Virus record (IMG/VR): IMGVR_UViG_3300037882_000312
Strand: one strand, 5' to 3'
Source: a virus
Length of the DNA: 41,166 bases
The notes under the pieces are model-generated. The model made no database searches and had not been told where the DNA came from. It saw nothing but the letters and a program-made list of their open reading frames with translations. Position numbers and translations under genes: made by a program. This document shows positions 30,601 to 39,265 of this stretch, one piece after another; the stretch's first letter is position 1, and each line of letters begins with the position of its first letter.

Positions 30601-33546
30601 AACCTTTTCTCACAGTCACAAAATGCACAGCAACTCAGAACAGTAACTACTGATCTATTCGATTCATTCTTCAAGCAGACAGTTCTCGTAGGTCGTGTTT
30701 CATACATCCTACGAAATGTTGGTGATATGCAGGTTCGTTCATTCCTTGGTGGATCTACAACCTTGTTCAATCACCCATTGCAGTTTGCTGCAATGATGAT
30801 GGCTAACCCAGAGGGTAATGCAATCGCTAAGTTTGCTAGTCGCTGGTCTCGCTTCGATAACACAGTCTTTGGAACAAACTTTAATAAAGCAGTTGAAGAG
30901 CTTGATGCAGTTGGCTTTAAGTCAGCGGCACTTGCAGATGCAGATAAGTTTGCCGTAATGATGTCTCGATCTATCGGCGTTGGTATGGGGCAAGGCACTC
31001 GTGGTCTTTCACAGATCCTACCTACCGGTATGCGTTTCATTACACCAGAAGAACGAGGATTCAATCGGGCATGGGCCGGAGCAATCCTTCAGTTCCGTGA
31101 GTCAGCAATGGCTCGTCTAGTTGCAGGTGGACTCGATGGTGGCATCAAGGGTGCAAATGGAAAGATTACTCCTTGGTTCAAAGAAGCAGAATCTTTCATT
31201 GCCAAGAAGCAAGCACAAGGCATGGATCTATCTCGTGATTATGAGAAGTTTATTGTTGACTTTATGTTTGAGACAGAGCAGGGAATCTTGCTTCGTACAC
31301 AGATTGCCAAGGTTGATGAACTCAATCGTGCATTGATGCTTGATGCAGATGAGGCTATTGCTCGTCAAGCTATGGAGAATTACTTCAAGGTAGTTACAGA
31401 AGGTGTCGATAACCTATCTGGTGGCCGCCGAGAACTGCGTGACTTTATTGCCGGTAAGGCAATGGTTGCTGTAGACGGCAAGAGAACTCCCGGATTCAAT
31501 CCAAAGGGAACTCAGTCAAAGGATGTATGGCTTGCCAATATCCTTAAGGGATATGTTGATTCAACAGACATCTCAAAGGCTATCGGTCAACTCAAGCTTC
31601 CAACAGATGATGTTCGTGCCGTTGCATCCTTCAAGGGTCAATGGGATCGTGCAGCATCTAAGTTCTTCCAAGTCTCTGCATCGATTGAAAAGCGAGCAGC
31701 ACTTGGCCCAGAGTTTAAGCAGCAATACTGGAACGGTGTTGCAGAGAACATGAACCTTCTTACCAAGGATGAGGCAGTCAAGATACTTGCTATCGCTGAG
31801 AAGGAACTTCGTGGCGTTAAAGTCTTTGGACTTAAGGCAGGGTTTGAGAACCCATCATTGGTTCGTATGCGTGAGGCAATCAAGACACTCGATGATCGAG
31901 GACTTGCTGCTGATGATATGCATACAATCGCAAATAACTTTGCTGCTAATAAACTACAGAAGCTTTACTACGATGCAATGCGACAGAAGCAGTATGCAGT
32001 CGCAGCTCGTTTAGTGGCTCCTTTCGCAGCAGCGTGGGGTAACACTATTGCCACATGGAGTAAGTTGATTGGCACAGATGTAGCCAACACCTTCCGCCTA
32101 CAAGGCAAGGCTCGTACTTACAAAGCTGCTAATGCTTTTGAATTCTTGACTCACCCAGAGACTGGTGTCATTTACGAATGGACTGGTCAAAACTGGAATG
32201 ATCCAAGCCAAGGATTTATCTACAAGGATCCAACCTATGGTGATCCTCGTATGGTTATTCCTCTAGCAGGTAATGCACTTGGCTGGATGCTTTCAACAGC
32301 AACTGGTGAAGCAGTTCCATCGATGCCAACATCGCTATCGATTCCATCTTTGAACCTTGCATTCAGCAATGAATTGCTACCGGGTGTAGGCCCTGCTATT
32401 CAACTCTCATTGGGTCGAATAATTCAGAGCCAAGAAGGTTGGGCAGCAGATCAACTTCGCAATGTGATCTATCCGTTCGGAGCCCCTGAAGGCAAGACTG
32501 GAATTGTCGAGTCATTTACCCCTGCTTGGGCCCAACGAGTTCTTTATGGTCTAGGTGTTAACTCATTCGAGGAGAAGAGTATGTCTACTCTTCGACCATT
32601 GATGACATACCTTGCATCAACTGGTAACTATGGAGACTTCCCACTTGGTGGAGAAGCACAAGCAAAGCTTCTAGAAGATGCAGGTAAGGTCAACCGAGTC
32701 CTCGCTTTATGGCGTGGTATCACACAGAATGTGGCTCCCGGATCTATTGCACCTCAGATTCTTGCTAAGGACAAAGAAGGTGAACTCCATGTTCAGGCTC
32801 TTATGTTCAATGACTTCTTGCAGATCCGTGCAAACAACCCAGACAGTTATGAAATTGCTGTAGCCAAGTGGGCTGACAAGTATGGCGAGTCAGCACTCTT
32901 TGCTCTGGTATCTGGATCTCGTGGTGGTATTACACCTACTGGAGATGCATGGAACTTCTATCAGAACAACCGCAAGGATGCCAATGCCTTGCCAAATGCG
33001 TTTGCCCTCTTCTTCCCCGGTGGACAATACTCACAAGAATTTGCTAAATGGCAAGCACAGCGTGGCCAGCGATTCAAGTTATCACCTGCTGAAATGCAGA
33101 TGGAAGCGGCTCGTTATGTATACACAGCTCGTAAGGCTAAGTTACAAAGCGATGAGGCCATCGCTATCCAGCAAGGTGCAGATCCAAAGCAAGCCCATCA
33201 GGTCTACATGACTCGTAAGGCAGCAATGGATGATGACTTTGGTGGACAGCCAGACTTCCGTGCAGCAGGTGTTCCTCGTGAGACACTCGTTAAAGAAGTA
33301 ACTCAGGCTCTTAGTAACCCTAAGTTTGCTGAAACTGAATCAGGTAAGGGCTTGGCTAAGTTCTTACAGGCTCGTGAATCAGCGTTGAATTCTGTTGCAG
33401 AAGCAGGATACAAGACACTTACAGGTAAAGCTGTTGAAAATGTAGCACAATGGTTAGACCAAACTGCTTACCAGATAATCTCCGAACACCCAGATTTCTC
33501 TGTAATGTACTGGCGTGTATTTGCAACAGAGACAGGAAATAACTAA
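27637..33546 (+). CDS. Giant virion protein (1969 aa), candidate internal/ejection (DNA-transfer) protein.
   Basis: A single uninterrupted 5.9-kb ORF that makes up 14 percent of the genome. It is largely helical with coiled-coil stretches (about aa 290-420 and 620-680). It lies between the portal and scaffold genes. I recognised no catalytic motif. Confidence 0.7.
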   Translation: MAGKTGGTFGAGSLGASLSSIPQEGTAAYDTYIQAQQSKYLSPDFAKQLAAMAKAYPAASVGTVMGLTKSGAPIGGNTANAMTTLDGSALIDAQRNAAIAAAAKLKEQNSAKKGSPADFLAPLTRTAFMLLSTPFEMLEATVRNGVSGKGGMNVLDETQTGQALINLFKTGKIDVGTGFLGADQNSAVGKALLNAKIAAGPTMKGGVPWTYSSGLTQALFDNPETKAARTFQAVSGFVLNLAADPLTYVPGVGLLKIGKEAGKVGVTLRVGPKAAARAAEAKAAPIKAVARDVEDVMGEVGKVRAEARAASGDINMLEADIIKHQDDLNTIAEKVDNTYQTYYKAKSEADLLDAEYGQLRQQRDTLLAGLKSAQDTSGQLVGQARKAEDLMAHRIELNTAGRAAEVQSILDEKGFDEVVRVGQTLTEQEQLAPGLIHTLDEAALKKGDRAATQGIRNGVDAVVRVAAKQKPRLIKWTGLIKAGDSPQATRVSNEIGSNLIDIGTAAGIQESKLQTVLDVIDTPGATHAELIDSAKKAGLTEQLFAAYERAGIQGFENVGATRGMGGGGYAYFPRTVDPFDAKISDFGRFKADAINSPDINDLGVQALTTKGAITQQVTGLVEGAAAPRLTVMEQLANINKELSEMGKVTKGVQKELAKAEEAWKNNLKYVQDRVKSDDEARMLLEEARGRKQLAMEAEFGLMTIGGKQILDYQQAAKAFFGPMGQNAAKFIAVHYGPEQYDDLWRAMNGNITVDLAKRLAAATSEKEVMGLLAGEVGLELSRGTRVGLAAQSRAIQFQSSFYAPNSLKLHHEGFANFLLNAENEARSFLRTNKVTAPFTRFAPTKNLIHLDDVDTLVKEMNDTLPFLKASPELQKTSIKAMMAATTSTERFNVFIDTLKSLVKEKAPNLTEEQIRMLNDAARVFKKEADANRKFLAQVAGKDIGTREFKVAGKTQKFTQLDPLIDSQLANFIKWPDIDSIRQLTGKTRNLFSQSQNAQQLRTVTTDLFDSFFKQTVLVGRVSYILRNVGDMQVRSFLGGSTTLFNHPLQFAAMMMANPEGNAIAKFASRWSRFDNTVFGTNFNKAVEELDAVGFKSAALADADKFAVMMSRSIGVGMGQGTRGLSQILPTGMRFITPEERGFNRAWAGAILQFRESAMARLVAGGLDGGIKGANGKITPWFKEAESFIAKKQAQGMDLSRDYEKFIVDFMFETEQGILLRTQIAKVDELNRALMLDADEAIARQAMENYFKVVTEGVDNLSGGRRELRDFIAGKAMVAVDGKRTPGFNPKGTQSKDVWLANILKGYVDSTDISKAIGQLKLPTDDVRAVASFKGQWDRAASKFFQVSASIEKRAALGPEFKQQYWNGVAENMNLLTKDEAVKILAIAEKELRGVKVFGLKAGFENPSLVRMREAIKTLDDRGLAADDMHTIANNFAANKLQKLYYDAMRQKQYAVAARLVAPFAAAWGNTIATWSKLIGTDVANTFRLQGKARTYKAANAFEFLTHPETGVIYEWTGQNWNDPSQGFIYKDPTYGDPRMVIPLAGNALGWMLSTATGEAVPSMPTSLSIPSLNLAFSNELLPGVGPAIQLSLGRIIQSQEGWAADQLRNVIYPFGAPEGKTGIVESFTPAWAQRVLYGLGVNSFEEKSMSTLRPLMTYLASTGNYGDFPLGGEAQAKLLEDAGKVNRVLALWRGITQNVAPGSIAPQILAKDKEGELHVQALMFNDFLQIRANNPDSYEIAVAKWADKYGESALFALVSGSRGGITPTGDAWNFYQNNRKDANALPNAFALFFPGGQYSQEFAKWQAQRGQRFKLSPAEMQMEAARYVYTARKAKLQSDEAIAIQQGADPKQAHQVYMTRKAAMDDDFGGQPDFRAAGVPRETLVKEVTQALSNPKFAETESGKGLAKFLQARESALNSVAEAGYKTLTGKAVENVAQWLDQTAYQIISEHPDFSVMYWRVFATETGNN

Positions 33547-34337
33547 TGGTTGATCTAAACAAGAATGGAATCGATGATTCCAAGGAAGTTCCAACAGGAA
33601 CTAATCCTTATGCTGCACCTTCAGTAGGTGGTGGCAAGTCATATCCTGCACAGGGAACTGGTGTATTCCGCCCGGGTGTTGTCTTTACAGATCCTAAGAC
33701 TGGTAAAAAAACAGATGTAACTGGCAAGATTTATTCTGCCCTATATCAAGTTTCAGACCTTCAGGTATATCAGATTCTTGGAGAACAGATTAAATCTTTA
33801 TCAGATCAGAACCAAGTTAAAGCTCTTTTGATTCAAGGTGGACAACTTGCTAAGTCTGATTTTCAGACTGCCTATTGGGGCAAGGCTGACACAGAAGCAT
33901 TTAAGAAACTTCTTGGTGAAGCCAATGCTGATGGTGGTCGAACATGGCAAGAGAAGTTAGCAGCCATTGGATCCGGTGGTGGGGAACCAAAGACAACAAC
34001 TCAGAGAGTCTCAAGTATCTCAACCAAGGAAGAAGCACAAGCAATCGTTCAGAATGCACTTCGTGCAAAACTTGGTCGTGATCCTCGTGATGCTGAATAC
34101 AATCAACTGCTTCAAACTCTTACATCTGCTGAGAAGGCCAACCCTTCAATCACTACACAGACACAGACAGCACCGGGTCAATACTCAACTACAACAACTG
34201 GAGGCCTATCGATGGCTGGTAAAGGTCAAGTAGTTGAACAGGCAATTATGGCCAACCCAGAGTTAGAAACAGAAGCAGTCAACAAGACTCTTAATTCATA
34301 CGGCGATGTTATAGCGAAGATTGCGGGTGTCCGATAA
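33546..34337 (+). CDS. Virion-module protein (263 aa).
   Basis: Translationally coupled to the giant gene. The N-terminal DLNKNGIDDSKE looks like a Ca-binding loop. Confidence 0.55.
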   Translation: MVDLNKNGIDDSKEVPTGTNPYAAPSVGGGKSYPAQGTGVFRPGVVFTDPKTGKKTDVTGKIYSALYQVSDLQVYQILGEQIKSLSDQNQVKALLIQGGQLAKSDFQTAYWGKADTEAFKKLLGEANADGGRTWQEKLAAIGSGGGEPKTTTQRVSSISTKEEAQAIVQNALRAKLGRDPRDAEYNQLLQTLTSAEKANPSITTQTQTAPGQYSTTTTGGLSMAGKGQVVEQAIMANPELETEAVNKTLNSYGDVIAKIAGVR

Positions 34338-36085
34338 TGGCAGATCCAGTAAAGCCTAAAGGCACTATTGACATCAATGCACTTCTCGAAGCCGAGAAGG
34401 CAAGAGCCGCTAAGGCTAAGGCGGAGTCAGAAGCTGCTGCTAAAGCCAATGCTGCTAAGAAGGCAGCAAGTCAATACGATCAAGCAGTCAAGTTTGTAGT
34501 TGGCCAGAAGAATGATCGCATTCAAACACTCGAGCAATCTATCGCAGATAGCCTATTTGGCATCAATCGTATTGTTAGAAACATCGCTGCTGGAACTCAA
34601 AGCCCCGGTGATGAAAGAGAACTTAAGCGTTTAGAAAAACTTTACAACCAAGCAGTAGAACAACAGAACACTCTTCTTAAAGAAGTAACTGGTCTTACAA
34701 AGAATACTGCTAAGTTAGATACAAAGACTGGCAAAGTAACAGTTGGAACTACGCCGACACCTGAAGCAGGTGGAGTAGTAGGTGGAGCAACAAGTGAAAA
34801 AGATACTGACAAAGATGGAATTCCAGACATCACAGATAATCTTCCTAACTACCCTAATCCAAAGCAAGATACTGGAAAGGTAGGAACAGGGCCTACTGCT
34901 GCACAGGCAGCAGGTGCAATGGGTGGTACTGGTGGTGCCGTAGGCAACACAGGTGGTGCAACTGGTGGTAATGCTGGAAAAGATAAAACTGGAAATGTTC
35001 CTCCAGCCAAACCTAAAGCAAAGACTGCTGTAGATCCAAATGCCTTGACACCAGAACAGCAATCAAAGCTTGGTGAATATGGTAGCAAATATCTTATCGA
35101 TTATTTTAAGGCTAACTACCCAGACATCTACAAGAAACTTGAAAGCATGGCACGACTCAATGAGTCTGCTGCCAATGTTGAGGCATACCTTTCAGGAACT
35201 GCTTGGGCTAAAGATGTTAACCAAAGAACTTATGCACTTATTGGTGCTGCCGAACTTGCTAATGGTCTCAAGTTAGATCAGGCAACTAAAGATACTTACC
35301 GAGATCAATACCTTGCCAAAGTTAAGAGCATGGATGAGATCAAGTATGACATTGGTCTAAAGACTATTGCTCAGTTCCAGTTGGATACAGTTAAGCCAGA
35401 TGTTGCTAACTCTATCCGTGCAGGAAATACTTTTGCTCAGGCTGCTGCTGACTACATTGAGATCTATCGTAAGAACCTTGAAATTGCATCATCTGCCTTT
35501 AAGATAGATGATAAGCAATTTCAGACACTTCTTATTGGATCATCTAATATCAGCGACTTTGAGAAGAAGCTTCGCCGGACTGACCAGTATCTATCTCAGC
35601 CTAAAGTCCAGCAACAGATCAATGCCAACAAAATTATGGTTACTACCAAGTATCGTCAGTTTGGCTTGGCCCTTACTGCATCAGCAGCAGATAACCTTGC
35701 TAAGAATGTTTTCCTTGGAGATACATCTAACGAACAGATTGATGAGAACCTTCGCCAAGAAGCGGTTAAGTTGTTCCCAGCATTCCGTGATCGTATCCTC
35801 AATGGTGAGTCTCCGCTATCAATCGCAAGTCCTTATATTGGTGCAATCTCTCGTATCCTCGAGGTTCCAGAAGGTTCACTAGATCTTGAGGATCCAACAG
35901 TCCGTAAGGCAATGATTGGTTCAACAACAACTGTCGGAGACAAGACATCGTCAACAGTCACTCCATTGTGGCAGTTCGAGCAAGACCTATACAAAGACAG
36001 CCGTTGGCAATACACAGCCAACGCAAGAGCTAAAGCCGACAGCATCTTAGTTGATGTCGGTTCGAGATTCGGAGTGATTCCATAA
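34337..36085 (+). CDS. Virion-module protein (582 aa) with a coiled-coil N-terminus and a thrombospondin-type-3-like Ca-binding repeat.
   Basis: EKDTDKDGIPDITDNLPNYPNPKQD matches DxDxDGxxDxxDNxPxxxNxxQxD. A Gly-rich linker, GGTGGAVGNTGGATGGNAG, is also present. Confidence 0.6.
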   Translation: MADPVKPKGTIDINALLEAEKARAAKAKAESEAAAKANAAKKAASQYDQAVKFVVGQKNDRIQTLEQSIADSLFGINRIVRNIAAGTQSPGDERELKRLEKLYNQAVEQQNTLLKEVTGLTKNTAKLDTKTGKVTVGTTPTPEAGGVVGGATSEKDTDKDGIPDITDNLPNYPNPKQDTGKVGTGPTAAQAAGAMGGTGGAVGNTGGATGGNAGKDKTGNVPPAKPKAKTAVDPNALTPEQQSKLGEYGSKYLIDYFKANYPDIYKKLESMARLNESAANVEAYLSGTAWAKDVNQRTYALIGAAELANGLKLDQATKDTYRDQYLAKVKSMDEIKYDIGLKTIAQFQLDTVKPDVANSIRAGNTFAQAAADYIEIYRKNLEIASSAFKIDDKQFQTLLIGSSNISDFEKKLRRTDQYLSQPKVQQQINANKIMVTTKYRQFGLALTASAADNLAKNVFLGDTSNEQIDENLRQEAVKLFPAFRDRILNGESPLSIASPYIGAISRILEVPEGSLDLEDPTVRKAMIGSTTTVGDKTSSTVTPLWQFEQDLYKDSRWQYTANARAKADSILVDVGSRFGVIP

Positions 36086-37626
36086 TGGCAGAAAAAGTAA
36101 CGGCTAAATCCGGAGATACCCTTTCAGGTATTGCAAAAGCCAATGGCACTACTGTTGCCCAGATCCTTGCCGACAACCCAACGCTTGCAGCTCGAGCATC
36201 AGCAGGACAAACAGTTCTTTTTAGTGGAACTAAAGTAAAAATTACATCTCCACAAACAGCGACTAATCCTTATGCTGGAACAACTACTGGTGCAGGAGTA
36301 GGACTTGGTACAGCATCTAATCCAATTACTAATGCTGGAACGGTAAATACAACAACCCTTGAGGGAATTGCTAAAGCATCTGGCACACCTACACCTACAC
36401 CTACAGATGAAGGTGGAAATAATCCACCTGCTGGAGTAACTGAGGTTTCTCGGGTAGATAATAAAGATGGAACTTTTACTGTTACATACAGCGATGGAAC
36501 TACGAAAGTTATTGGAACTAAAACTACAACTGGTAAAAAAGTAGTCCGTACTTACTTTTCAGGATCAGGTGCAGCTCGTATTCAAATTACTGAATATGAT
36601 GACGGAACCACAGATCAGATACCTGCTCCTGAACAAGCAGCCGGTATGACACCTGATGATGTAAATAAACTTATCAATACTGCTATTGCTAATCAAAATG
36701 CAGAATTCCAGAAGATGCTTGCTGCACAACAGAAAGCACTTGAGACTGCTAAGGCAGAGCAAGTGGCAGCCCAGCGTAAGTCAGCATTCGATGTTATCCG
36801 GGAACGCTTTACCCAGATGGGTATTAAAGAGGTTGGAGATGACATTGCTGCAATCTTTGCTGGTAAAGGTGTAGATCGCTTTGGTAAGGCATTTGATGAA
36901 ATCCCTACAACTTCAGAAGGTTTCTACCTTCAGTTGATTAACACCAAGTCTTACTACGAACGCTTTGGTAAAGTCAATGAGGCTCGTTTAGCTGCTGGAT
37001 ACAAGGCACTAGATGAGAAGACAATCGTTGGAATGGAAGATGAATACCAGAAGGTATTGACTTCATACAATATGCCAACAGGCTTTTACGATCAGACAAC
37101 AGACTTCCAATCTTTCCTAAAGAACAACCTAACCAATGTCGATGTTGCAAACATCATTCAGGCATACCGTGACTTTGTAACCACAGGCACAGATTCCAAT
37201 GTTCGTAAGCAACTTAAGGATCTATACGGTATTGGTGACGAAGCTCTTACTGCATACATGATTGACCCAGCAAAGGGTCAGGGAATCCTTGAGCAGATTG
37301 CTGGCAAGAATATGAATACAGCAGCAGCTCTCATCGAAGGCCTAACAGCAGAAGAAGCAAATATGGCTCAGACCTACGGTGCAGGATCTCTTGGCTATGG
37401 ATCACAACGCCAGAAGTATTCACAGGTTCAGCGTGAACTCCAGACAACTGGAAACCTTGCTGCTATCTATGGTGAGAACTTCGGAGCCAAGGAAGCAATC
37501 GCTGCCGAGTTCGGTGGAGATGTCCAAGCACAAGCACAAGCAGCACGAATTAAGGCAACAGGTGCAGCAGCATTCGGTGGCACAAGTGGTATCGGATCTA
37601 AGGCACTAAGAGTCAAAACAGTTTAA
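36085..37626 (+). CDS. LysM-domain virion protein (513 aa).
   Basis: The N-terminal VTAKSGDTLSGIAKANGTTVAQILADNPTL...GQTVLFSGTKVKI is a canonical LysM peptidoglycan-binding motif. Confidence 0.7.
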   Translation: MAEKVTAKSGDTLSGIAKANGTTVAQILADNPTLAARASAGQTVLFSGTKVKITSPQTATNPYAGTTTGAGVGLGTASNPITNAGTVNTTTLEGIAKASGTPTPTPTDEGGNNPPAGVTEVSRVDNKDGTFTVTYSDGTTKVIGTKTTTGKKVVRTYFSGSGAARIQITEYDDGTTDQIPAPEQAAGMTPDDVNKLINTAIANQNAEFQKMLAAQQKALETAKAEQVAAQRKSAFDVIRERFTQMGIKEVGDDIAAIFAGKGVDRFGKAFDEIPTTSEGFYLQLINTKSYYERFGKVNEARLAAGYKALDEKTIVGMEDEYQKVLTSYNMPTGFYDQTTDFQSFLKNNLTNVDVANIIQAYRDFVTTGTDSNVRKQLKDLYGIGDEALTAYMIDPAKGQGILEQIAGKNMNTAAALIEGLTAEEANMAQTYGAGSLGYGSQRQKYSQVQRELQTTGNLAAIYGENFGAKEAIAAEFGGDVQAQAQAARIKATGAAAFGGTSGIGSKALRVKTV

Positions 37627-37632
37627 GTAACA

Positions 37633-37672
37633 GGGTGATCGGCAATCATCCGGGTTCGAGACCCGGACACCC
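37633..37672 (+). other. tRNA-like minihelix: an outer stem (gggtg/caccc) enclosing a T-arm-like hairpin, ccggg-TTCGAGA-cccgg.
   Basis: The 5-bp stem plus 7-nt TTCGAGA loop at 37650-37666 looks like a tRNA T-arm. There are no D or anticodon arms, so it is not a tRNA gene. Confidence 0.35.
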
Positions 37673-37787
37673 ACTCCATCTCTAGAAATGCCGGAACTTG
37701 AGATGAGTATAAACCCGGAAGTTGGAGCCAATGCATTTCCCCGATTGCATTGTGGCCAGCGACTAACATGAAAAGGGAGTAGGACAA

Positions 37788-38261
37788 ATGTCCAATTACG
37801 AACTGGAAGAGGATGACTTCGAACTTGATTCGAACGATGTTCTCGGACAACTACGCAAGGCCAATAAGGCAAAAGAGAAGCAACTGAAGGAAATTCAGGA
37901 AGAGCTTCAAAATTTGCGTAAAGAAAAACGAGAGAGAACTATCTCAGAAGTCCTTACAGCTCGAGGAGTGAATCCGAAGATTTCGGCTTTCATTCCACAG
38001 GACATCGACCTCACGGAGGAATCGTTGTCGTCATGGCTTACTGAATACGGAGATGTATTCGGTGTGTCACAACCAAACCAATCAAACTCAGCGATACCAG
38101 AAGGTTTCGTAGATAATTACAAAAAGGCTCAAGCAACTGTAGATGGCGGCATTAGTGCTGATCGTGAACAGATGATTCAAGCCCAGATGGATGAGGCCGC
38201 TGTAAAGGGGCCTGAAGCATTGAAGCAATTATTTGCAGATCTTGGTAAGGCTGGGTACTAA
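37788..38261 (+). CDS. Scaffolding protein (157 aa).
   Basis: Acidic, coiled-coil-rich (KEKQLKEIQEELQNLRKEKRER) and immediately upstream of the major capsid gene. Confidence 0.7.
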   Translation: MSNYELEEDDFELDSNDVLGQLRKANKAKEKQLKEIQEELQNLRKEKRERTISEVLTARGVNPKISAFIPQDIDLTEESLSSWLTEYGDVFGVSQPNQSNSAIPEGFVDNYKKAQATVDGGISADREQMIQAQMDEAAVKGPEALKQLFADLGKAGY

Positions 38262-38282
38262 CCCAGAAAGGCGGTGCCGTAA

Positions 38283-39206
38283 ATGGCAACCACTCAAATC
38301 TCTGGTGTAGGCAACCTCGTAGTCAATGCATATGACACATATGTAAGAGCTGCACTCCGCTCACTTCCTGTCATGCGTTCAGTCGCAGATGTACGACCAG
38401 TAGCCCTCACCAACCCGGGAACTACTCTCAAGTTTGCAGTTTATGCTAACTTGGCAGCAGCAACCACAGCATTAACAGAAACATCTGATGTAACACCAGT
38501 TGCATTGGCAAACCCATCACAGGTAACAGTTACTGTTACTGAATACGGTAATGCTGTTGAGCAGACAGAGAAGGTCAACATGGCCACATTCTCTTCTATC
38601 GACACCATGATTGGTGATGCAATCGCTTACAACGCTGCTGATACTTTGGATCAGCTTGTTGCAACAGCACTAACATCTGGAACAGTAGTTAAGTACGGTG
38701 GAAGCCGTACATCAACAGCTACTCTTACAGCTTCAGATGTTCTTTCAACAGCAATGCTTCGTAAGGCACAGACAACACTTCTTGAGGCTAACGCCCAACC
38801 TCGTGTTGGTGACCTTTACACATTGTTCATCCACCCACGCCAAGCTTTCGACCTTCGTGCCGAGACTGGTTCAGGCGGATTCGTGGACATCCACAAGTAC
38901 ACAACTGAAAATGTTGGAAACCTATTGACAGGCACCATTGGTGTTCTTGAAGGATTCCAAGTTGTTCAGACATCTCGTGTTCCATCAACAACATCCGGTG
39001 CATCTTCAGCTACTGTTTACTCAGCGGTTGCAGTCGGTAAGGAAGCTCTTCTTGAGGCTAATGTTTACGATGTGCAAACAGTCGTAGCACCTCAGATCGA
39101 CATCCTTCGCCGTAAGTCAGCACTTGGCTGGAAGTACTTCGGTGGCTGGGGCATTTTCCGTGATGCAGCAGTTTGCCGTTTGGAAACAGGCGGATCTGCT
39201 CTCTAG
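38283..39206 (+). CDS. Major capsid protein, HK97 fold (307 aa).
   Basis: The size, the position after the scaffold gene, and motif patterns typical of HK97-like MCPs support the call. Examples are VTEYGNAVEQTEKV, DTLDQLV and IHPRQAFDL...GVLEGFQVVQTSRVP. Confidence 0.85.
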   Translation: MATTQISGVGNLVVNAYDTYVRAALRSLPVMRSVADVRPVALTNPGTTLKFAVYANLAAATTALTETSDVTPVALANPSQVTVTVTEYGNAVEQTEKVNMATFSSIDTMIGDAIAYNAADTLDQLVATALTSGTVVKYGGSRTSTATLTASDVLSTAMLRKAQTTLLEANAQPRVGDLYTLFIHPRQAFDLRAETGSGGFVDIHKYTTENVGNLLTGTIGVLEGFQVVQTSRVPSTTSGASSATVYSAVAVGKEALLEANVYDVQTVVAPQIDILRRKSALGWKYFGGWGIFRDAAVCRLETGGSAL

Positions 39207-39219
39207 TAGAGCATTAGTT

Positions 39220-39247
39220 GAGGGGGGCAGGGCAACCTGCCTCCCTC
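39220..39247 (+). terminator. Strong stem-loop after the capsid gene, a probable partial terminator or mRNA stabiliser.
   Basis: gaggggggcagg-gcaa-cctgcctccctc forms a 12-bp stem with one mismatch and a GCAA tetraloop. The downstream T-tract is weak (tctatt). Confidence 0.55.
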
Positions 39248-39265
39248 TCTATTAAAAGGAGAATC

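Noticed and set aside
27637-33546. The giant protein as an N4-like virion RNA polymerase or as a tape-measure protein.
   Set aside because: I could not find the single-subunit RNAP motifs (T/DxxGR, RxxxKxxxxxxxYG, HD-type motif C) or DFDGD. No tail-tube, chaperone or frameshift genes typical of TMP neighbourhoods are evident. Neither assignment is excluded without profile searches, so the protein is left as a generic internal virion protein.
37633-37690. A possible tRNA gene, suggested by the GGTTCGAGACC T-arm-like sequence.
   Set aside because: Only about 15 nt lie between the putative acceptor 5' strand and the T-arm. There is no D-arm, no anticodon arm and no proper discriminator-CCA context. 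I kept it only as a tRNA-like minihelix.
37606-37872. Two overlapping minus-strand ORFs (88 and 75 aa) upstream of the scaffold gene.
   Set aside because: They are antisense to the scaffold start and to structured non-coding DNA. They have no RBS and no coupling, and are most likely spurious.
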